Shown: one piece after another, positions 1 to 54,829 of the stretch
How positions within the stretch are numbered: position 1 is the stretch's first letter
How the letters are laid out: the number at the start of each line of letters is the position of its first letter
DNA from: Octopus sinensis
Lineage: Eukaryota
DNA: 64,000 nucleotides
Direction of reading: 5' to 3'
Assembly (NCBI RefSeq): GCF_006345805.1
Contig: NC_043018.1
Span: 23,064,001-23,128,000, forward strand
Made by a program: the position numbers and the translations under genes
Notes under the pieces: generated by a model
What the model was told of the DNA's origin: nothing
Database searches by the model: none
What the model saw: only the letters and a program-made list of their open reading frames with translations

Positions 1-343
1 CCTAATCCAGCTATGTGGTAGGCTATCAAAAGCCTTTTTATAGTCTATCCAGGCTATTGATAAGTTTTTGTGTCGTTTGTGACAGTCTTCTAAGATCATC
101 TTATTGATGAGTAGTTGATCTTTACAGCCGTAGGATCCACGTTTACATCCTTTCTGTTCATTAGGGAATATGCTGCTGTCTGTTAAAAAACTATAAGTAT
201 ATTCCGTCAGGACAGATGTTAGCGTTTTGTACATAGTTGTTAAGCAAGTTATGGGTCTATAGTTTTTTGGTTCATTTGTTTCTTCACTTTTTGGAAGCAG
301 GAATGTTAACCCATTAACTAGCCAAGGAGGCATCCTACTAGGG
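1..343 (-). mobile_element. R4/Dong-like non-LTR retrotransposon, reverse transcriptase part (continues beyond window start)
   Basis: Manual translation of the minus strand: ...PSRMPPWLVNGLTFLLPKSEETNEPKNYRPITCLTTMYK...NEQKGCKRGSYGCKDQLLINKMI...IAWIDYKKAFDSLPHSWIR (RT domains 0-3). In frame with 3085-3478 once the hAT and one TSD copy are removed. Confidence 0.85.
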
Positions 344-3084
344 CAGGGGTGGGCAAACTACGGCCCGCCATAGGTTTTCATGCGGCCCGCCGAGAGCTTT
401 TATGAATCCCAACTTCTATGCAGATACTTCGTAACTGTTTCAGTTGTACAGTAATTCACAATAGTTTGCATTTTATTTCAGTTCACTGTTTCGCGCCTTC
501 ACAAAATTGTCCGCTGTTTGTTTGTTTCAGCTACTGTGAAGCGATGAAAAATTTCGAGAAATATTCCCATGACATCATAATAAAACACATTTCCGGGTGA
601 AGATATCTTTTCTGTGTTTTCTCGTCAGACTCTACAAGCACAAAAATTAATAGAACAATGAAACAAGTATTGTGGCAATACAACGAGTCAATCGATATGC
701 TTGAAACATTCAAATAAATAAATCACGTGATAGATGGTGAAGAGGGCATGATGGACGATGCGTTTCGTTCCAATGAAGAAGCCGGCCAGGTTAATAAAAG
801 GGCTTGAACCAGCTTTTTCTGGACACAGAGCTGTGGTTGGTTATCATTCACTCTATCGATTATTTGAATTTAGTACAGACACGAGTGTTTCAAACTAGCT
901 TTTGTTGTCTGATAAAATTTACCCAAAATGAGTTGTTCGAAGCTATCTAAAAAGCGAAAAGAGGAATGTCGTGTTTTTAATGAAAATTGGACTGAAAAGT
1001 ATTTCTTTACCGACGTTGGAGTGAAAGCTGCATGTTTGATTTGTTCTGAAACAGTTGCTGTGTTCAAGGAATATAATTTGAAACGCCACTTTCAAACGAA
1101 GCACGCCAATTTTGGACACAATTTATCAAAACAAGAACTGCAAAAGAAAGCAAATGATCTGACAAAACGTTTGAAGCAACAGAAAAATGTTTTTGATAAA
1201 ACTTCCTCTTTACAAAGGAACGCGACAAAGGCAAGTTTTATATTGGCCAACAAAATTGCAAAGCAAAACAAGTCATTCACAGAAGCAGAATTTATCAGAG
1301 ATTGTATGGTTGATGCTGTCAGCGTTGTGTGTCCTGAAGTTAAGTCAAAAGTAGAAGCCATTTCCCTGTCACGAAGAACTATTGTTCGTCGCATTGATGC
1401 AATTGCCGTGAATATTCATGAACAGCTATTAACAGCCAGTGGTCGATTTCAGTGGTTTTCTATTGCTTTAGATGAGAGTACTGATATTCAGGATACTGCT
1501 CAGTTACTCATTTACATCAGAGGAATTGACGAAAACTTTGAAATTACAGAGGAATTGTTATCTATGGAGTCTCTCAAAGACACTACTACTGGAAAAGATT
1601 TGTTCAACAGTGTCATTAACAGTTCAATCAGGTCTGGATTAACCCTAAATAAACTGGCCAGCATTACAACCGATGGAGCTCCTTCACTCACCGGTAAACA
1701 TTCCGGCCTTGTGAAGTTGTTGAACGACAAAATCAAAGAAGATTTTCCACTACACAGTGTGTTGTCTTTTCACTGCATCATACATCAAGAAAGCCTTTGT
1801 AAGTCATCTTTAAAACTCAAACATGTCATCGAACCTGTGGTGCGTGCAGTGAATTTAATAAGATCACGGGGATTGAAACACAGGCAATTCCGAAGTTTCT
1901 TGGAGGATGTGGAGGCTGATTTTACTGATGTGCTGTACTACACAAATGTCCGCTGGTTAAGCATTGGAAAAGTTCTTAAGAGAGTATGGGACCTCAAAGC
2001 AGAGATTCTTATGTTTCTCAAAATACAAGACATCTCCTGTGACTTTTTAAACGAAATGGAGAGTGACGAATGGGTTTGTGATTTTGCATTTGCTGTGGAC
2101 ATAATGCAGAAGCTGAATGAACTTAACACAAAACTGCAAGGCAAAGGTATATTTGCTCATGAATTGTACCTGGAAGTGAAAGCTTTTCATTGGAAGCTTG
2201 GACTTTTTGCCAAGCAGCTGAATGAGCAAAAATTTATTCACTTCCCTCTGCTGAAAACACAGTCTGTTACACAAGAATCATCGGACAAGTACAGTTCCCA
2301 GTTGATGGCTTTACAAAAGGAATTCATTAGAAGATTTGCTGATTTCAAGGCAGTTGAAGGCCTGTTCGATTTGCTTAACTCACCTCTTGCCTGTGACATT
2401 GAAACAACTATCGAGGAACTGCAGATAGAACTGATTCATTTGCAAGCCGACAATTCTTTAAAGATGATGTTTGAAAGTAAACCACTGGTCGAGTTTTATG
2501 CTTCTCTACATTCAAAAAAGTTTCAAAATCTAAAAAATTTGCAAGAAAGATGTTTGTGTTGTTTGCATCAACTTACATATGTGAGCAGACTTTCTCCATC
2601 ATGAAAATTAACAAGGGGAAGAATCGATCACTTCTCACAGACTCAAATCTTCAGTCAGTGTTAAGAATCAGCACAAGCAACTTGACGCCTAATTTTGACA
2701 AACTGGTAAATGACAGTAGTCAGCTGCATCAGAATTTAAGTATAATATTCATCGGGGTTGTCCACAATTAGTGCAGATTTTACTAGGAAAATTCCGTTCC
2801 TGGCAATTTGTAAGCAATAACAGGCTGTCCAAAATAACCGAGGTTCCTGTAATAATTTCAACTATAGGAGCAAATAACCGAAAAACATGAACCCGATACT
2901 CTAAAAAATAAATTAAATCATTTAAACCAGGAATATTTCACAAAATTTCCTTTCAATCAATTGTGTGTTTATAGGTCTATAACCGCCTTTAAAAATATTT
3001 TCACTTGATTTTTATAAATGAGGCCCGCCAAGGTTCCAAAGACGCACTGTGCGGCCCGCGATCAAAAAAGTTCGCCCACCCCTG
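344..3084 (+). mobile_element. hAT (Charlie/SPIN/GTF2IRD2-type) DNA transposon, full length
   Basis: 16-bp TIRs CAGGGGTGGGCAAACT (344-359) and AGTTCGCCCACCCCTG (3069-3084), 1 mismatch. Perfect 8-bp TSD TACTAGGG (336-343, 3085-3092). Subterminal GGCCCGC repeats at both ends. Confidence 0.95.
928..2771 (+). CDS. hAT transposase (GTF2IRD2-like), one frameshift at the A-run 2532-2537
   Basis: ORF 928-2604 has an N-terminal zinc finger (CLIC...RHFQTKH), LDESTD, TTDGA, HCIIH and RWLS. The C-terminal dimerisation/catalytic-E motif (YICEQTFS) lies in ORF 2550-2771. Adding one A gives ...NLKKFARKMFVLFASTYICEQTFS. Confidence 0.9.
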
Positions 3085-3478
3085 TACTAGGGTGTTGCAA
3101 AGCATCATTGTACAGTTCTGTTAGCAGTTCATGGCTCTCTGGGAAGGCATTCAGCCAGAAGTTAGGAATTTTATCCTTTCCTGGAGACTTCCATTTGCTT
3201 GACCTCCTGAGAGCAGATCTTATATCTTCTACCTTGACACCCTCCCACTTTTGCTCTTCTAAGGGGTCCACTTCTGTCGATATTCTGTCAATCCAGTGGG
3301 CCTTTTTGCTGTGTGTTTTTTCTTCTGCCCAAATTTTATTCCAAAATCCCTGAACTTCTTCTTTTGATGGTACAGACCTTGCAGTAAACGCTGTTTTTCC
3401 AATCTTCCTGTAAAAATTCTTGGGGTTATTTTTGAACATGTTGTTGTCCTTGAAAAATCTAACACGCTTTTCATACCT
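3085..3478 (-). mobile_element. R4/Dong-like LINE, region upstream of RT, 5'-truncated at a (TAA)n repeat
   Basis: ORF 3062-3595 (-): FYRKIGK...FWNKIW...KWKSPGKDKIPNFWL, the typical pre-RT segment. Abuts an AAT/AAC microsatellite. Confidence 0.8.
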
Positions 3479-3508
3479 ATTATTATTATTATTAATATTA
3501 TTATTATT

Positions 3509-3568
<60 letters not shown>

Positions 3569-3569
3569 G
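3479..3569. repeat. (TTA)n/(TTG)n microsatellite
   Basis: Direct reading. Confidence 0.95.
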
Positions 3570-4345
3570 ACTTTTAGACAAATGTTGGTAGTCACTGGTG
3601 GTCATGGTGATATTGATCATAGAACAAGGCTGGTGAGAATTGTGGAAAGTGTAATCATATTGAAGGCAGTAGAGATAATGGTTGAAGTTTTAAGGTGGAT
3701 GGTGGGGTGATATAATGTGGATGGTGGTGGTGGAAATGATGATGGTTGTGGTGGTGTGTTTTCTTGATGTGCCCTAATTGTGGAGTAAACTGTGTGTTTA
3801 TGAGAAACAACTTATTAACTAACAGACACAAATGTAAATTGACGCTTATGCATATATACTCCTAATTTATGTATGTACATGCATGTATATGCATGTATAT
3901 ATTTATGTAAATGCTTTCTACAATTGTGCACATGCATGTATTAAGATTGTTTAATCAAAACACATATACTCCTTTAACAATATAGACTTGATTTAATATA
4001 TATAAATAATGTATTAAGTCTACTTCAAATCTAATGGTTCATTAGCTTATCCATGCTTATCCAGGTTTCTGCATTTAGAAGATTGAGGGTTAAAGACTAT
4101 ACCTTAAGATAATGCCAGTCTGTTACAGATACAACTCCCTGTCCAAGCCATCCCTGGTAATCATTTTCAGTTTCATTTATCGAAGGAAATTTGCCCCGCT
4201 TTTAGATATGATTCATGGACATCACTCTGCATGTGACATTCAGTAACATCCTTTCAATATTCTGTTTATATGGCAGCAATCAGCTATGATAACTTCTCTA
4301 ACTGCTGCTGTCACAGTATCATCAGTCTGCAATCTGCAATACATC

Positions 4346-4971
<626 letters not shown>

Positions 4972-5266
4972 AAACTGAGAATGTGTGACTGTCTGTCTGT
5001 GGTAATCCCTAAAACTTGAGAACTACTCAACCAATTTCATTCAAATTTTACACATCCCTTAGTTAGGGTCCATGTAGTGTCAAGGGCAAAAAAGTTTTAA
5101 CTTCTTGCCTAGTGCGAGCCCACGGCAAAATCATATCTTCTGCACTATTTCAGTATTACGTGTTAAAAGTGAAACAATAACATCTCTCAAGTGTAATGTC
5201 AGATGCTTTCACTTTAATAGTTTCACTTTAATACTGAAACTATTTAAGTGAAACTGTTACATAACA

Positions 5267-5393
5267 GGGATGACCTGTAAGTGGACATCCATTATGCTAG
5301 AAGAAGATCCGCTATGGTCTAACCACTAACAAAGGAATGGTAAGACCATAGCGGATCTTCTAGTATAATGGATGTCCACTTAGAGGTTATCCC
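5267..5393. other. long imperfect inverted repeat (hairpin) within a dispersed repeat
   Basis: Arms 5267-5320 and 5343-5393 (GTGGACATCCATTATGCTAGAAG..ATCCGCTATGGTCT / AGACCATAGCGGATCTTCTAGTATAATGGATGTCCAC). Confidence 0.8.
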
Positions 5394-5954
5394 TTTTACA
5401 TGTATGTAATATAATTTTTTCTGAAACTTCAGACTTTTCAATATGCTACACCACTGGTTTTAAATTGGTATTAATCAAATTAATATTCAATTTTTCACCC
5501 TTATTAGACAGAAACTGAAAGAAATCAATCGTATATATATATATATATATATATATATTATGTATGTATGTATGTATGTATGTGTGTGTCTTTGTCTCTG
5601 TGTTTCTCCCTCATCACTGCTTCACAACTGCTGTTCGTTTATTTTCATCCCCATAACTTACTAGTTTCACAAGAAGAAACTAATAGAATAAGTACCAGGC
5701 TTATCAACATATAAAAAGCACTAGGCTGTCACATATTTTTGTTTGCCCACTCAGTTGTACCTATCAATTTATCTTATAGTGGTCATTTGCAAACTCCAGA
5801 GGTGACACTTTCATTTCTCCTTAGCCCTCATGTCACACAGTTGTTAATGTTTATTTCAGTTGGGTCACGCTCTTCCAATTGCTATAGATTCATAATGCAT
5901 CTAACGGCTGTGCCTGTCACCTGGATGCTGAGGAATCCTACATTGAGAGTGGTA

Positions 5955-8900
5955 ACGACAAAAGCAGGAATTCTCCCGTTTTGCTGCCAGTTGCAGTAGA
6001 CGTTTGCCAACAGGCCCGCAAACAAGTCTGGCATTGAAGTGTAAAGCTCGTAGGGCAGACCATCCAAACCCGGCGATCTACCTCTCGTGCAACTCTTCAT
6101 CGCTTCCTCCACTTCCCAGGCAGATATCGGTCCTTCGCAGCACCCTGCCTCGCTGTCCGAGAGTTGCGGTAGGCCGTCCAGGTACACACCGAAGTCTGCA
6201 CCAGTTGCAGTAGACGTTTGCCAACAGGCCCGCAAACAAGTCTGGCATTGAAGTGTAAAGCTCGTAGGGCAGACCATCCAAACCCGGCGATCTACCTCTC
6301 GTGCAACTCTTCATCGCTTCCTCCACTTCCCAGGCAGATATCGGTCCTTCGCAGCACTCTGCCTCGCTGTCCGAGAGTTGCGGTAAGCCGTCCAGGTACA
6401 CACCGAAGTCTGCACCATTGTGCGTTCCACTGCTCGTCCCAAACAGTTGAGCAAAGTGCCGCTGAAACACCGTACACATCTGCTTCGGTTCGGTAACCTC
6501 GCGCCCGTTCTGGTCCACCAAAGACCGAATGGTTGCTCTGTTGCCTCGCTTCGCCTCCGCCACGCGGGCCCATCGAGCGGCTCTAGTCCCCTCCCCGCTT
6601 AGCGAACGTGCCTTAGCTCTGACAACGCAGCCTTCGTGTTTGGCGTCAAAGTGTTGGTCGAGGGCCAACCTTGCCGCCAACACGTCGGTCGCGATGCCAG
6701 TCTCAAGAGCCTCGTCTAGTTTCTTAACTAAATCCCGCTCTCTCTTCCTACGTTCAATAGCTAGAGTCTTACTAAACCTAATCGACTCTACTCTAATTGC
6801 TCTCTTGAGGGCAAACCACCAGTTGTTGATGATTGCCCCCGTAAGCGCCCGCTTAACTAGTAAACTAATTCGGTCTCTGTAAGTTTTGCACGCCGTTAAC
6901 GACGCGTTCAGCTTCCAGTATCCGGGTCCCTGTCTATGTAGCCTATCTCAGTCGACTGTACAGATCACGAATTTGTGGTCCGTGTAGTCGACTAGGTGGA
7001 ATTGTGGACACCCTATGCTGTCTTTATCCACTTGCCTACAAAACACTCTATCTAAGTACGATCTAGACGACCCGATGCGATTGGTCCAAGTCCACATTGG
7101 CACATTCGGGTTGTCTAGTCGAAACCTGTCGGACAGCTGAAAGCGTCCGAGTAGGTTGGCGAGGCTCTTGCACCCTCCTCTCCTATCAGACGCTCCCCTG
7201 CCCACCCGATCGAAACGTTCGTCTAAGACAGCGTTCCAATCCCCAACTAGCACTAGAGTGCATGACGTTCCCAGGAAAACTTCCAGACGTTTGAAATAAT
7301 CCGACTGCCCTGCTCCTGTCGGAGCGTAGGCAGCCAGCAGTCTGAAAGCACCGTCGTCACTACCGTCTACGTCGAGGACCACCAACTTACCTTCCGGATC
7401 CAGGAAGACTGTCCTTATTTTCAAGTCCAGGCCCTTCCGAAACAACACCGCAGTACCACCACTGCCCGCTCCCGGCCGACACGGAGATAGAAATATCTCG
7501 TATCCGCCGAAAAGGGCTGCGAGTTCCTGCGGGTCGGAGAGCCTGGTTTCACTGATGGCTGCTACATCCACATCATGAAACCTCAGGTCGTTTAACAGGT
7601 GACCCTGTTTCCAAGGTGACCCGAGGCCTCTCACATTCAAGCAACCGATTCTAAGTTTTGCCATGTTTCAATGGTGGAAAGAAAAAAAGAAAAGGAGAAA
7701 AAAGGCTCTACTTACTGTTGTTGGTGGTGGGGGTGGGTCCCTTGTGCTTTTGCACGGGTGCTTCCACAATATTTTTATATAGTTTCTTAGAGAAACTTTT
7801 CCCTAGCGATCCCACATCGTTAGGGAATATTTGTTCTATTTCATTGTATGTTGTTGCGTTGATTTTTATTGTGAGAATGTGTGCTGGTGGTGTGTTGTGT
7901 GTTGGTATAACGAAATCTGTTATATTTGTACTTGTTTTGTCTTTTAGGTACGCAACTAGTTTTCATTCTTTGTGTTTATTGATGTAATTGTGTCTGTTGG
8001 TGTGTGTGGCAGTGGCAATAGTGGTGTCGAAAATGTTGTTGTTGTTTGTTGTTGTGAGTGCGTGATGTTGTTGTTGATGTTGGGAAGCACTATTTGTTCG
8101 TGCTTCCCCTGTGTGTCCTTTTGTTTTTTCCTCCTTTTCTTTTTTGGAGGCACTGTGTGCCATTCCCCTTTCTCGGTATCAGTGCTCGCACAATCCGAGC
8201 TGTCCTGATCCGGAAAGGGGATGACTGTTGGGTCTGCTTCATCAGCAGGGCGAAAGATTTCTGTTGGTTCTGCTGGTAGCGGTGTTGTTGCTGTGTCTAT
8301 TGGTGATGATGACGGTGTTGGTGTTTCTACTGGTTTTTTAATTGTCGTTTTTCTTGGTGCTGGGGTTGGTGTTGGTTTGGTGGTTGTTGTTGGAGGTGGT
8401 GTCGTTCGTCGTGGTGGTGGTGATGGTGTTGGTGGTGTGGCAGCCTTTGGTGTTTCGTGCTGCTGTTGTTTCTGTTGTTGTTGTTGTTGCTGCCGCTGCC
8501 GCTGCTGCTGCTGCCTCTTGCCGTTTGCCTCCATTCTTTTTTTGTGAATGGGGCAGTCCCTCTTTAGGTGGCTTTCGCTGCTGCAGAGGTAACATTTTGG
8601 CTTTCGCCCCTCCACAGTAACGTGCAGCCTGGTTCCATCTGGTAAATTTACCGAGTCAGGTATGGCATTAATGTTTTCCTGCTGGATTTGTACCAGCAGT
8701 TGAACTCCCATACCTGACCAGTTTTTCTCCCTCACCCTTCGTACATCTAGAACAGTGGCAGTGTCCTCTATGTCATAGAGGACAGCCGCCACCAGCCATG
8801 ATATACTCAGTTCGGGTGGTACTGTGTCTATTTTCATTTTTTGGACCCTTCGCCCGAGGTATGGTGGTACCAGGAACAAACTTTCATTTTGCAAGGGCGA

Positions 8901-9832
8901 AATAGCATGCGCCCTTGCATCCTCTTCTGTTGGGAAGCGAACCTCCACGGTTCCGTAACGTTTCCTCTAATGGCATAGCTCTTTTTGGCCCATATGGGCT
9001 TCAGAGCTATTTCCAATTGTTGGGGTATTGCGTTCGTCACTCTTTTGATTTTTTTGTCAAACACCTTGTAAATTATTGTTTTCTTGTTTGTATCATTTAT
9101 GAGTTGTTGAGGTATATTGAGGAAAACAGTGTTTCCCTCTCTTCTCAACAACTCCTTTGCGGATTTTATTTGATGTATTGTAACTTTTATTTCCTCCGAA
9201 TTTTCTTTTGTGGCGGAGGCGAAATTACTATGGTGGCTTGTTGTGTTGTTGGTGGTGGTGGTGGTGTCAGTGTGGCTGCTGGTCATTTTTTTTTTCTTCT
9301 TTCTCCTTTAGTTTTTCACTCATGGAATGAAGAGAAAGAAAATTCTGATTGACGTCAAAGGCGACGCCATTTTTATTGTTTTCCTTTGTAATGTTCTTTT
9401 TTCCGTCTTTTTCCCCTACTGGGACGCTTGCTGAAGGGACAGGAAGGAAACCTTCGTTTACATTTTCATTTGGAACGTTGCAAGCACTGGCACGTTCCTT
9501 CGAAATACTTTCTTTGCCTTTTAAGGCACGAAATGGGCGGCTCGGAGCCGTTAACGAAATTTTTTCGTGTAGTGGGGGTGAAACTTGAAGAAGAGACCAG
9601 CTAGTTCTCTTCGAAGCCATATTTAAAATTGTAAGTGAAAATGTATGCAAAATCAAATTTCAAAACGTAATTTTACTCCCAATGGGGTAAAATTTTGCCG
9701 AGCCAACTAGCTCTGTTTGAAGTTAGTTGGCTTGGCCACACAAATATCGAAAAATATAAAAACTTTTCACAGGATTTCCAACAAAATTTGCAGAAAACTT
9801 ACGGAGCAGCTTCACACACGTCCGTCGTCTCG
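5955..9832 (-). mobile_element. Tx1/L1-clade LINE with ORF1 and 5' part of ORF2, RT core missing
   Basis: ORF1 fragments (9267-9656, 8834-9286, 7956-8948) with CCHC knuckle CYLCSSESHLKRDC. ORF2 APE endonuclease (LNVRGL, SETR, GDWN, YLDRVF, TDH), then GYWKLN and SPGLDGLP. One in-frame TGA at 6948. 214-bp internal tandem duplication. Confidence 0.85.
6948..7664 (-). pseudogene. APE-type endonuclease domain of LINE ORF2
   Basis: Catalytic motifs listed above. The frame continues past the TGA into 6078-6683. Confidence 0.9.
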
Positions 9833-9915
9833 GAAAGAAAGAAAGAAAGAAGAAGAAGAAGAAGAAGAAGAAGAAGAAGAAGAAGAAGAAGAAGAAGAAG
9901 AAGAAGAAGAAGAAG

Positions 9916-9960
<45 letters not shown>
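9833..9960. repeat. (GAA)n then (CAA)n microsatellite
   Basis: Direct reading. Abuts the 5' end of the Tx1-like LINE. Confidence 0.95.
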
Positions 9961-9966
9961 AATAAT

Positions 9967-10312
9967 CAGGGCTTCTGATCTCAACTGATTGGAAGTGTTA
10001 TCATGTACATTGTTTTGTCTTGGTATAAAAGATGGGCTACAGCAAATATTTTGCTCAATACCACAGATTTGCTCGTCAGTTGTTTGACCTTAACCAGTTG
10101 AGCATGTCCCTTGGTGGCTGACGATATGTGCATCTCTGATCCTGAGCAGAAGTAGTGGGGGAGCATCATAGCCATGTGTTGAAAGGGATTCTTGGAGGTT
10201 TGGATAATTCACCTTTGGAAACATGGGTGTTTTGTTGAACATCCTTAAACAACCCTTATTCAGGGACCTTTTGAGCGGAATGGGCTACTCGACCTGACGA
10301 AAATTCCCTCAA
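9967..10312 (-). mobile_element. (TAA)n-associated interspersed repeat (unclassified non-autonomous element)
   Basis: Reverse complement of part of 20329-20773. Another copy at 52582-52852. Confidence 0.7.
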
Positions 10313-10584
10313 CACGGGGGACTCCCCACATCTGGTCACCCGACCGCCAAGGGCTCCTCGTGTAGACACATTATTACCTCTTGATTCCTCCAGCCTACAA
10401 GCGCATGTTCAGAGTAGGCCAATTAATACGGGCCATCCTCTCCACAATCACCCACCTTTCAACAAACAATAATATAAATAATAATAATAATGATGATGAT
10501 GATGATGATCTTAATTTTTTCATTACTACTATAATTGCTAATATATTTTCATTTCTGTTTGTACTTCTGCCACGACTGTTACTG

Positions 10585-10624
<40 letters not shown>

Positions 10625-10795
10625 TACGACTACGACTACTTCCACAATGACAACTGCGAAATAACATCGAAAATAACACTGAAATGATTAAAAAGCAAAC
10701 AAAATCGTACACACATGCATACACATATACATACGTACATACACACACACACACACACATCAGTCAACACCGTTCATTGTGTCCGGTTGTGTAGA

Positions 10796-10803
10796 TATAT
10801 AAA
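10796..10803 (+). promoter_or_regulatory. candidate TATA box of the ferroxidase gene
   Basis: TATATAAA about 120 nt upstream of the ATG at 10923. Position only, no transcript evidence. Confidence 0.35.
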
Positions 10804-10922
10804 CCAGAAACCAAAACTGGAATCGTCATAACCACTCGAAAATCGGACAGAACGACTGACAAGCTGACGAGCTGACAGACAGACAGACAGACACACACAC
10901 AAGGAGAGAGAGTGAAAGCAAC

Positions 10923-53082
<42,160 letters not shown>

Positions 53083-53190
53083 AGAAAAGGGATCCTTTTG
53101 CCAACCATTCAGTGTATGATTAAATATTAAACACGAATGGTTCTAATTACTTTCCATATTAACTTTTATAACCTCGAACATTTTCTATGC

Positions 53191-53196
53191 AATAAA
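53191..53196 (+). terminator. candidate polyadenylation signal
   Basis: AATAAA after the putative stop codon, followed by T-rich sequence. Confidence 0.45.
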
Positions 53197-53349
53197 CACA
53201 TTTTTACAATTTACTTGATCTTTTAGTAAATTTACTTGATCTTTCACTTCAGTTCCATCCATTGTCATCCAGTGTTTGCTTTTCAGAAACCGTGTATTTT
53301 AATATCATCATAAAAGATCCTTCCTAACATCGTTACAAATAAGAGTGTG

Positions 53350-53652
53350 TGTGTGGAGGCACATGGCCTAGTGGTTAGTGCAGCGGACTCGCGGTCGAAG
53401 GATCGCAGGCTCGAATCTCAGACCGGGTGATGATGTGTGTGTTTATGAGCGAAACACCTGAGCTCCATGCAGATCCGACAGAAGGTAATGGCTAACTTCT
53501 GCTGACTCTTTCGCCACGACTTTCTCTCACTCTCTCCTCATGCATCTAGCAGCTCACCTGAGACTGACCGGCGTCTCGTCCAGGTGGGGAACCTATACGC
53601 CAATGAAACCGGGGAAACCGGCCCGTATGAGCCAAGCATGGCACGAGAAGGA

Positions 53653-53662
<10 letters not shown>
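53350..53662 (+). mobile_element. tRNA-derived SINE with (AAC)n tail
   Basis: A box TGGCCTAGTGG and B box GGCTCGAATCT. Confidence 0.7.
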
Positions 53663-53718
<56 letters not shown>

Positions 53719-53882
53719 GTGACGTATATTTGCCATTTGAATATGGCTAACCCCTAAGGGTGGATGCTACTGTAGTTTGTAGCCCCAGGAAGACACCTTC
53801 TCCAGCTGGCTATAGACACACTTTCTGTGCCCTATCAGTATTTGTGAAGGGAAGCCATCCTTCCCGTCTTCAACTTATGATA

Positions 53883-53927
53883 CACACGGACTCGAGTTTC
53901 AGGGTATTGACCCATCATCGGCGTGTG
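53883..53927 (-). ncRNA. type I hammerhead ribozyme motif, copy 1
   Basis: CACACG-CCGAUGA-U-GGGU(CAAU)ACCC-U-GAAA-CUCGAG-UC/CGUGUG. Palindromic stem III, GUC cleavage triplet, U4C deviation. Confidence 0.7.
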
Positions 53928-54253
53928 ACAATCATAGTTGTCGACGAGAAGTCAGTTCCCCTCACAAATACATATACTTTTTCCAGTATCGATTGACACT
54001 GATATTGAAAAAGTGAAATCAAACAATGATAAATCTCAGAGCGAGTTATAAACAGTTGCGGCAACACATCGTGACGTATATTTGCCATTTGTATATGGCT
54101 AACCCCTAAGGGTGGATGCTACTGTAGTTTGTAGCCCCAGGAAGACACCTCCTCCAGCTGGCTATAGACACACTTTCTGTGCCCTATTAAATGGCAAATA
54201 TACGTCACGATGTGTTGCCGCTACTGTTTATAACTCGCTCTGAGATTTATCAT

Positions 54254-54285
<32 letters not shown>

Positions 54286-54466
54286 ATATATATATACATA
54301 TAGTGACGTATATTTGCCATTTGAATATGGCTAACCCCTAAGGGTGGATGCTACTGTAGTTTGTAGCCCCAGGAAGACACCTTCTCCAGCTGGCTATAGA
54401 CACACTTTCTGTGCCCTATCAGTATTTGTGAAGGGAAGCCATCCTTCCCGTCTTCAACTTATGATA

Positions 54467-54511
54467 CACACGGACTCGAGTTTCAAGGTATTGACCTATC
54501 ATCGGCGTGTG
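54467..54511 (-). ncRNA. type I hammerhead ribozyme motif, copy 2
   Basis: As copy 1 but stem II is AGGU(CAAU)ACCU (compensatory pair). Confidence 0.7.
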
Positions 54512-54829
54512 ACAATCATAGTTGTCGACGAGAAGTCAGTTCCCCTCACAAATACATATACTTTTTCCAGTATCGATTGACACTGATATTGAAAAGTGAA
54601 ATCAAACAATAACTCTGAGCGAGTTATAAACAGTAGCGGCAACACATCGTGACGTATATTTGCCATTTGAATATGGCTAACCCCTAAGGGTGGATGCTAC
54701 TGTAGTTTGTAGCCCCAGGAAGACACCTCCTCCAGCTGGCTATAGACACACTTTCTGTGCCCTATTAAATGGCAAATATACGTCACGATGTGTTGCCGCT
54801 ACTGTTTATAACTCGCTCTGAGATTTATC

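Noticed and set aside
6529-6882. Plus-strand ORFs antisense to LINE, hAT and Gypsy coding regions (also 43352-44742 and 15790-16353)
   Set aside because: Shadow ORFs of the opposite-strand transposon frames, with no independent motifs.
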